NCBI GenBank assembly: GCA_965223665.1
Contig: OZ245011.1
Location: 2,944,001-3,008,000, forward strand
Source: Nitrospinaceae bacterium
Lineage (GTDB): Bacteria > Nitrospinota > Nitrospinia > Nitrospinales > Nitrospinaceae
DNA: 64,000 bases
Direction of reading: 5' to 3'
The notes beneath the pieces are model-generated. The model worked only from the letters and a program-made list of their open reading frames with translations, was not told where the DNA came from and searched no databases. The translations under genes and the position numbers were made by a program. Below are positions 57,020 through 64,000 of the stretch, piece after piece (within the stretch, counting starts at the first letter, position 1; each line of letters opens with the position of its first letter).

Positions 57020-57501
57020 AGTTTAAGTTTTGAGAAACCTTTAATTACGGGTTTAGGTACCATCTTGGAAACATCCCCACCGTGCTTGGCAATTTCCTTA
57101 ACAAAACTGGAGCTTAAAAAAGAGAACTCCTGGCTGGGAATTAAAAACACAGTTTCTAAAGAGTCGTTTAAATTTCGGTTCATGAGTCCCATTTGTAATT
57201 CATATTCAAAATCTGAAACTGCCCGTAATCCTTTAATAATAATTCTTGCGTCAAATGATTCTGCAAAATCAGTAAGCAAGGTTTCGAATGGTAATACTTC
57301 TATGTTTTCCCAACTTTTGACGGCTGAACTAATAAAACTAACTCTTTCATCAATGGAAAATAAAGGGTTTTTTTTAGGATTATGAGCGACTGCAACCACC
57401 AACCTGTCACAAAAGGTTAGGGCTCGTTTCATAATATCCAAATGACCAAAAGTGACGGGATCAAAAGTTCCAGGATATATGGCGGTTCGCTTATTTTTCA
57501 T
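57016..57501 (-). CDS. coaD: Phosphopantetheine adenylyltransferase
   Basis: YPGTFDPVTFGHLD, GLRAVSDFEYE and SSSFVKE. Confidence 0.97.
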   Translation of the reverse strand: MKNKRTAIYPGTFDPVTFGHLDIMKRALTFCDRLVVAVAHNPKKNPLFSIDERVSFISSAVKSWENIEVLPFETLLTDFAESFDARIIIKGLRAVSDFEYELQMGLMNRNLNDSLETVFLIPSQEFSFLSSSFVKEIAKHGGDVSKMVPKPVIKGFSKLKL

Positions 57502-58215
57502 AGATCCATAGATAACTTGAGTAAAAAGAACCGGGATTATAACTTTAAAAATATTTGGTGAAAAGTATAAATCTTCGCCTCATTAGGGATATTTATAACT
57601 ATTATGGATACTCACAACTCAATAGATGTTAAACCAGTGTTCTTTCTATATATGGAAGAAAACCTAAGGATTTTCCAAATTTTATGGCTTTTGGATTGAT
57701 TATAGAAACTACCCAAACAGCAACTAATAAAAATTCTTATAAGGGGTAGGATGTCTTTTTTGTTTGCAAGAAGGGGGTTTTATAAAATTTTTTAAGAGAA
57801 TTTTTTAATTATTGTTTGGAAAAATAAAAAAAGTTAAAAATTTTCAATTTGATACCTTAAAATATAAAATTTTTGCAGCAGATGCAGCCTCAAATGGAGA
57901 GCAGTATTTTATATTTTATAGATTTTAATAAATGAAAAAACTAGTGCAATTCTAATTATTTATTTAAAAACAGCAAGTTAGAATTAAATCGATTTAAAAA
58001 ATTCGATTATTTTGAATTTTTTTACCAAATTTTTTATGGTAAAAAATTCAAAAAATCCAAAAAAATACATGAAAAATATTGAATTGTTTGTAGTTATGTT
58101 ATAGATTGGCGGCAATTAAAAAGGGATAAAATTTGTCTTTTTTTATTCCAATTAATTTCCTGTATTGGGCTTCAAAACACGTCAAAAAAATTGCAATTTC
58201 CCTGAAAAAAAGGGT

Positions 58216-58244
58216 TTGACAAGATTTTTATATTCACGTATAAA
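58216..58244 (+). promoter_or_regulatory. Near-consensus sigma-70 promoter upstream of nxrA
   Basis: TTGACA (58216-58221), a 17-bp spacer and TATAAA (58239-58244), with A-tracts upstream. Confidence 0.65.
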
Positions 58245-58364
58245 GAGGCATGCTCAAAAGCCCCTGCAGGCAAAAAAACGGTTTTTTTGAATATAAAATT
58301 GTTTTTTCTTGGGATTTATTGTCCATGAAAATTAGTGATACAAATTATATTTTGTCCAAAACTC

Positions 58365-58416
58365 AAACCCCGTTTTGAGGCGTATTTATGCCTTGAGGCG
58401 GGGTTTATTTTTTTTT
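58365..58416 (+). terminator. Terminator-like hairpin inside the putative nxrA leader
   Basis: AAACCCCGTTTTGAGGCGT-ATTT-ATGCCTTGAGGCGGGGTTT (19-bp stem including 5 G-U pairs) followed by A and nine T. Confidence 0.6.
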
Positions 58417-58630
58417 GAAGTGTTTGTAATAAATAAGTATTGACCTTTGATATTTCGGGGCACAAATTTAGTTATAAAGTTGGAATTTTTAAGTTCAACA
58501 AAAAAAATTTTTAGATTTCAGAAAGGAGGGTTTTTAGGGTAGCTTCCAATTTGGAGGGGAGCTGCGAAGAAGGAACAGGATTAAATTTTAGGTTGTAAAA
58601 CTTAATTAACCTATAGGGAGGTTTCACTCT

Positions 58631-61600
58631 ATGCGTTTAAATCGAAGAAAATTCTTACAAGTGAGTGCTGGTGTAGCTACGGCTATGGCGCTTTCAAGTA
58701 AGAGAGTCGGAGCTCAATTAAAGCCCGTAGTGAAGGTAGGAAATCCTCTGGAATCCTATCCAGATCGTCGTTGGGAAGAAGTTTACCGAGATCAATATAA
58801 GTATGAGCGTTCTTTTACATACTGTTGTTCTCCTAACGACACTCACCAATGTCGCGTTCGTGGTTTCGTACGTAACGGCATCCTGATGCGTATTGAGCAG
58901 AACTATGACCATCATAAGGTTAAAGATCTGTATGGTAATCAGGCTGACGCTGCTTGGAACCCAAGAATGTGTCTGCGCGGTATGACCTATCCACGACGTG
59001 CTTACGGTCCTTACCGAAACAAGTATCCAATGATCCGCGTTGGTTGGAAACAATGGGCGGACGATGGGTTCCCATACTTGGATAAAGAAAATCGGGAAAA
59101 ATATAAGTTCACAAGCCGAGGTACAGATGAATTCGTTCGTTTGACCTGGGATGATACATTTACCTATCTCGCAAAAGGCCACGTAGCTGTTGGTAAAGCT
59201 TACAGTGGTGCTCGCGGTGCTCAGCGCTTGAAAAACGAAGGTTACCAGCCTGAAATGATCGAAGCGATGGGTGGATCCGGTCCTCGTACTTTTAAGTATC
59301 GTGGTGGAATGGGTCTATTAGGTGTTGTAGGTAAATATGGTATTTATCGACTTGCTAATATGGCTGGTCTGCTCGACGCGATTATTCGTGGTCGTGGTCC
59401 TGGTCAGGTATTAGGTGGTCGTGCATGGTCTAACTACACCTGGCACGGTGACCAAGCTCCTGGTCATTCCTGGACACACGGAATGCAGACTTCTGATATC
59501 GACTTTGCGGATCATCGTTATGCGAAGTTGACCATTCAATGGGGTAAAAACCTCATCGAAAACAAAATGCCTGAAGCGCACTGGTATACAGAAATTATGG
59601 AACGTGGTGGTACCTTGGTTACAGTGTGTCCAGAGTACAATCCTCCTTCCACAAAAGCTGACTACTGGGTGCCTTGTCGTGCAGGTTTGTCAGACATCTC
59701 CGTATTCTTGGGTTGTGCCAAGATTATTATGGACGAAGGTCTGGTAGATGTGCCTTACGTTAAAGATTACACCGATATGCCGTTGTTGGTAAGAACTGAC
59801 AACCTCATGCGGTTGCATCCTGATGATTATATTCCTGGTTATAAAAACCAGCCGCTTCCAAAAGATGGTTTCACCACGAAGTGGATGAAAAACTTCAATC
59901 GGGACAAAATGCCTGACTTTGTTGTGTGGGATACCACCACTGACAAGCCAGTAGCAATCAACCGTGAAGATATCGGCGCAAAAATGCGTAAGAAGAAAAT
60001 CGATCCTGCATTGGACGGTGTTTTCGATATCAAATTGGTAAGTGGTAAAACCATTACGGTTATGCCTCTTTATGAGATGTACAAAATCCATCTGAAGGAT
60101 TATGATCTGGATACAGTTAACCAGATTTCTCATGCTCCTAAAGACTTGGTAGTACGTCTTGCTCGTGATATCGGTACCATTAAGCCAGTTGAAATTCACT
60201 ATGGTGAAGGTATTAACCATTACTTCCATGCAACCATGCACAACCGTGCATCTTATGTTCCTCTTATGTTAACGGGTAACGTTGGACCGAAAGGTTCTGG
60301 TTCTCATACATGGGCAGGTAACTACAAAGCTGGTAACTACCAAGGATCTCACTGGTCTGGACCTGGTTTCGCAGCAATGGTTGCTGAAGATCCTTTCAAC
60401 CCAATTTTAGATCCAGCGAAAAATACTGACTGGGCTAATGTTAAGGGTTATTTGAAAGGTGAGGAAGTTAGTTACTGGGCTCACCGCGATAAAGCTTTGA
60501 TCGTTAATACCCCACGGTATGGACGAAAAGTTTTCACCGGTCGATCTCATATGCCAACACCTACCAAACTGGTTTGGTACGTAAACGTTAACGTAATTAA
60601 CAATGCGAAGTGGTTCTACGAATTGGTATTTAATACCAATAACAATGTAGACATGATCGTAGCTCAGGATATCGAGTTCACTGGTTCTTGTGAATACTCT
60701 GATATCGTTCTTGCCCCGAATTCTTGGGCAGAATTTGAAAGTTATGAAATCACTTCCGCATGTTCAAATCCGTTCCACCAAATTTGGGGTGGCACCGGTA
60801 TTAAACCGATTTTCGATACTATCGACGATAACCTGATCCACAGGGAATTCGCTAAGAGAATGTCGGTTGTAACTGGTGACAAGCGTTTTGCGGATTACTA
60901 TAAGGTTTACGAAGGTGAAGCTCCTAACCGAACAAAAGCGATGATTCGCCGATTGTTCACAACGTCGACCACTGGAATGGGTTACAACATCGATGACATC
61001 ATCAATGGTAAGTACGGTGAGCCAGGATGTTGTTTGATGCTTTTCAGAACCTATCCACGGTCTCCGTTCTGGGAAATGTTCACTGAGTCTAAGCCATACT
61101 ACACTCCTAACGGTCGTATTCAGTTCTATAATGATGAGCCAGAAGCGATTGAATGGGGTGAAAACTTCATCGTTCACAGAGAAGGTCCTGAAGCAACACC
61201 TTATCTGCCGAACGTAATCGTTTCCACAAACCCATATATCCGACCTGACGATTATGGAATTCCTGAAGATGAACAGGATCCAGATCTCCGTCACGTACGG
61301 AATATTAAGAAGCCTTGGTCTTCAGTACGTACGACTAAGAACTTCTTATGGGAAAAAGGTTATCGGTTCTATTGTGTAACTCCTAAGTCCCGACATACCG
61401 CTCATTCGTCCTGGGCGACGACTGACTGGAACATGATCTGGAACAACAACTTTGGTGATCCTTACCGAATGGATAAACGGTCTCCAGGTGTTGGTGAATG
61501 GCAAGTACACATGAACCCATTCCTATGTAAAGACTTGGGAATCAACGATGGTGACTACATCTATTGTGACGCGAATCCTGCGGATCGCCCATACATGGGT

Positions 61601-62092
61601 TGGAAACCATCAGATCCTCGATACAAAGTTGGTCGTTTGATGCTTCGTGCGAAGTATAACCCTGCGTATCCATATCACACCACGATGATGAAACACGCAA
61701 CGTGGATTGGTACAGAGCGTACGGTTAAAGCTCACGAAGAACGACCAGACGGACGTGCTATGTCGATGACGACTCCATATCAGTCTAACTTCCGATATGG
61801 TGGTCAGCAATCGATCACTCGTTCTTGGTTGATGCCTATGCATCAGACTGACAGTCTGTTCCATAAAGCAAAAACCAAAATGAAGTTTAAGCACGGTTAC
61901 GAAGCCGACAACCACGCAGTAAATGCTGTGCCTAAAGAAACTTTAGTTAAGTTCTCTAAGGCAGAGGATGGTGGATTGCACGGTAAGGGATTATGGGAAC
62001 CTGTGCGAACAGGTTACACCCCAGAATCTCCGTTGAAAGACCGTTTTGCTGAGATGTATCTCGCGGGTCAATACACTCGCGTTAAGATTTAA
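58631..62092 (+). CDS. nxrA: Nitrite oxidoreductase alpha subunit, periplasmic (Nitrospina/Nitrospira/anammox type)
   Basis: Tat signal NRRKFLQ, Fe-S motif CSPNDTHQC...PRMC, WHGDQAPG and TPKSRHTAHS; codon usage typical of a highly expressed gene. Confidence 0.96.
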   Translation: MRLNRRKFLQVSAGVATAMALSSKRVGAQLKPVVKVGNPLESYPDRRWEEVYRDQYKYERSFTYCCSPNDTHQCRVRGFVRNGILMRIEQNYDHHKVKDLYGNQADAAWNPRMCLRGMTYPRRAYGPYRNKYPMIRVGWKQWADDGFPYLDKENREKYKFTSRGTDEFVRLTWDDTFTYLAKGHVAVGKAYSGARGAQRLKNEGYQPEMIEAMGGSGPRTFKYRGGMGLLGVVGKYGIYRLANMAGLLDAIIRGRGPGQVLGGRAWSNYTWHGDQAPGHSWTHGMQTSDIDFADHRYAKLTIQWGKNLIENKMPEAHWYTEIMERGGTLVTVCPEYNPPSTKADYWVPCRAGLSDISVFLGCAKIIMDEGLVDVPYVKDYTDMPLLVRTDNLMRLHPDDYIPGYKNQPLPKDGFTTKWMKNFNRDKMPDFVVWDTTTDKPVAINREDIGAKMRKKKIDPALDGVFDIKLVSGKTITVMPLYEMYKIHLKDYDLDTVNQISHAPKDLVVRLARDIGTIKPVEIHYGEGINHYFHATMHNRASYVPLMLTGNVGPKGSGSHTWAGNYKAGNYQGSHWSGPGFAAMVAEDPFNPILDPAKNTDWANVKGYLKGEEVSYWAHRDKALIVNTPRYGRKVFTGRSHMPTPTKLVWYVNVNVINNAKWFYELVFNTNNNVDMIVAQDIEFTGSCEYSDIVLAPNSWAEFESYEITSACSNPFHQIWGGTGIKPIFDTIDDNLIHREFAKRMSVVTGDKRFADYYKVYEGEAPNRTKAMIRRLFTTSTTGMGYNIDDIINGKYGEPGCCLMLFRTYPRSPFWEMFTESKPYYTPNGRIQFYNDEPEAIEWGENFIVHREGPEATPYLPNVIVSTNPYIRPDDYGIPEDEQDPDLRHVRNIKKPWSSVRTTKNFLWEKGYRFYCVTPKSRHTAHSSWATTDWNMIWNNNFGDPYRMDKRSPGVGEWQVHMNPFLCKDLGINDGDYIYCDANPADRPYMGWKPSDPRYKVGRLMLRAKYNPAYPYHTTMMKHATWIGTERTVKAHEERPDGRAMSMTTPYQSNFRYGGQQSITRSWLMPMHQTDSLFHKAKTKMKFKHGYEADNHAVNAVPKETLVKFSKAEDGGLHGKGLWEPVRTGYTPESPLKDRFAEMYLAGQYTRVKI

Positions 62093-62103
62093 TCACGGTG
62101 ATA

Positions 62104-62131
62104 GATTGCGAGCCTTTTGGGGCTCGCAATC
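62104..62131 (+). other. Stable hairpin between nxrA and nxrB (mRNA stability or partial terminator)
   Basis: GATTGCGAGCC-TTTTGG-GGCTCGCAATC, a perfect 11-bp stem. Confidence 0.55.
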
Positions 62132-62205
62132 GAAACCCGGTTTTCAACTACTATTAATAACCAGAATCGGGAGATTTGAGCCCCGGTTTTTACGGAGGTA
62201 AAACG

Positions 62206-63483
62206 ATGCCTGAAGTATATAACTGGCAATTGGGTCGAATGGCGACCTATGTATACGAGGAGAAACACCCGAAGGAGCAGTTTACTTTCGTGTTCAACAC
62301 GAACCGTTGTATTGCGTGTCAAACCTGTACGATGGCTCATAAATCCACCTGGACCTTCTCAAAAGGTCAAGAATATATGTGGTGGAACAATGTTGAAACG
62401 AAGCCTTACGGTGGTTACCCTCAATTTTGGGATTGGAAAATCCTGAAAATGTTGGAACAGTCCAATCCTGGGCAAAACGTATGGAACGTACGCCGAACGT
62501 CTAACAAAGCGATTCATGGTGTTTATGAAGGTGTTACCATCTTCGAAGCTCCTGCAAAAATCGGTTTGAACCAACAGGCGATTGGTTATGTACCTACTGA
62601 CGAAGAGTGGCGCTTCCCGAACTTCGGTGAAGATACTGCTCATGGTCGTGAGTTTACCCAGTCTCGTGAAGGAACGTTCGGTGGTGATAACGGATGTAAA
62701 TCTGTATTGCCTGAACATAAAATTTGGTTTTTCTATTTACAACGGATTTGCAACCACTGTACATATCCAGGTTGTTTAGCAGCTTGTCCTCGAAAAGCGA
62801 TCTATAAGCGCCAAGAGGATGGAATTGTTTTAATCGACCAATCACGTTGTCGCGGATATAAAAAGTGTGTTGAGCAATGTCCTTATAAGAAGCCTATGTT
62901 CCGAGGTACAACTCGAATTTCTGAGAAATGTATCGCTTGTTATCCACGGATTGAAGGTCTGGATCCTTTGACTGAAGGTGATCAGATGGAAACCCGTTGT
63001 ATGGCAGCATGCGTAGGTAAAATTCGTTTACAAGGTCTGGTAAAAGTTGGATCTAACGGCGAATGGGCACATGATCCTGATAATCCACAGTACTACTTGA
63101 TTCGGGATCGAAAAGTTGCATTACCATTGTATCCTCAGTTCGGTACTGAGCCTAATGGTTACTATGTGCCTTCTCGACATGTACCACGTGCTTATTCACA
63201 ACAAATGTTTGGTCCTGGTGTTGACCATGCAATTGACCAGTACATGGTACCGGATCGTGATTTATTGGGTATCTTGCAATTATTCCGCACAACACAGCGG
63301 ATCATCTTTAAGTGGAAACGTGAGCCTGGTCCTAAGATTTTTGAGACCAATATCCACGGTAAGAAATTCGAGATGTTCAATGACACGGTTATCGGGTTTA
63401 ACAGAAAAGGTAAAGAAATCATCCGTGTTACGGTTGAAGAGCCTTTCTATGTAAGACCTGAAGAACATCCTGGTGCTATCTAA
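62206..63483 (+). CDS. nxrB: Nitrite oxidoreductase beta subunit
   Basis: MPEVYNWQLGR start after RBS GGAGG; CIACQTC, WWNNVETKP, ICNHCTYPGC, CRGYKKCVEQCPY and CIACYPR. Confidence 0.96.
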   Translation: MPEVYNWQLGRMATYVYEEKHPKEQFTFVFNTNRCIACQTCTMAHKSTWTFSKGQEYMWWNNVETKPYGGYPQFWDWKILKMLEQSNPGQNVWNVRRTSNKAIHGVYEGVTIFEAPAKIGLNQQAIGYVPTDEEWRFPNFGEDTAHGREFTQSREGTFGGDNGCKSVLPEHKIWFFYLQRICNHCTYPGCLAACPRKAIYKRQEDGIVLIDQSRCRGYKKCVEQCPYKKPMFRGTTRISEKCIACYPRIEGLDPLTEGDQMETRCMAACVGKIRLQGLVKVGSNGEWAHDPDNPQYYLIRDRKVALPLYPQFGTEPNGYYVPSRHVPRAYSQQMFGPGVDHAIDQYMVPDRDLLGILQLFRTTQRIIFKWKREPGPKIFETNIHGKKFEMFNDTVIGFNRKGKEIIRVTVEEPFYVRPEEHPGAI

Positions 63484-63600
63484 TCAACTTAGGTATTTTC
63501 CGCTCCGGGGGCGGGCTTTGGTCCGCCCCGGGATTGCGGTTGCCTGGGTCAATTTAGGCTAATATGGTCAACCCAGAAACTGCTAAACAGGAGGAAAACA

Positions 63601-64000
63601 GTGAAGGTTAAAAAATCCATTATTTGGGCATTGGTTGTTGCTTTCGTGCTTGGAAGTACCTTAGTTGCGAGCGCGGCAACTATTAAAGCTTTAAAAGTTA
63701 AAGGAGCGATCCCTACAGATCCTACAGATCCTTTTTGGTCTAATTATGGTCCTACAAAAGGAAAACATGTAGTGGTTGATATGGATCCTCAAATGATTAC
63801 CAATCCGATGTGGCCTAACCCAAGCACCAAGTGGGTTAATGTTAAAGCTGCTCGGAATGATAAAGAAATTGCTGTTCGCTTGGAATGGACTGATCCTGTA
63901 CGTAACGACATTATGATTCAGTCTCAGCAATACAAAGATCAAGCAGCTATCATGTTCCCTGTTAACCAAGGTGGAGAGGAACCTCCTTTCACCATGGGTG
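63601..64000 (+). CDS. nxrC: Nitrite oxidoreductase gamma subunit candidate (EbdC / DMSO-reductase type II heme b subunit); 3' end outside window
   Basis: GTG after RBS GGAGG; MKVKKSIIWALVVAFVLGSTLVASA signal peptide, then VKAARNDKEIAVRLEWTDP...YKDQAAIMFP...PPFTMG; frame open to the window end. Confidence 0.88.
   Translation, partial: MKVKKSIIWALVVAFVLGSTLVASAATIKALKVKGAIPTDPTDPFWSNYGPTKGKHVVVDMDPQMITNPMWPNPSTKWVNVKAARNDKEIAVRLEWTDPVRNDIMIQSQQYKDQAAIMFPVNQGGEEPPFTMG

Noticed and set aside
58455-58475. Sigma-54 promoter for nxrA (GGCAC at ~58459)
   Set aside because: The required -12 GC dinucleotide is absent at the correct spacing.
58718-61915. Several 100-180-aa antisense ORFs inside nxrA, and similar shadow ORFs inside other genes
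   Set aside because: Explained by the codon bias of the sense gene; no motifs or RBS.

Overview
AT-rich chromosomal window from a nitrite-oxidizing bacterium, most likely Nitrospinota (Nitrospina-like). The assignment rests on the periplasmic-type nxrA-nxrB-nxrC cluster at the right end and a group 3b-like [NiFe]-hydrogenase tail at the left end. The window holds housekeeping genes (purM, gdhA, argH, rsmI, rsmG, etfA, lnt, aspC, coaD), a parA-parB locus with two parS sites (probably origin-proximal), tRNA-Thr(TGT), several two-component and c-di-GMP genes, ROS/redox genes and a patch of surface or hypothetical genes. No CRISPR array, prophage or intact IS was seen. The best candidate for an undescribed system is a minus-strand module next to parAB: an orphan ParA/MinD-like ATPase with a large insertion, a bactofilin and a membrane-anchored L,D-transpeptidase. 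The bactofilin and transpeptidase share an ungapped ~65-aa N-terminal cytoplasmic domain (28/67 identical by hand alignment), which suggests a cytoskeleton-to-cell-wall coupling device. Also notable: two histidine kinases of different classes carry the same Cys/His-rich GAF sensor, and two promoters about 30 kb apart share a three-box operator architecture. The nxrA leader contains a long G-U-rich terminator-like hairpin, a 69-bp tandem repeat lies between parS and parA, and two small ORFs are missing from the ORF track. All identity counts are manual and no database searches were run.
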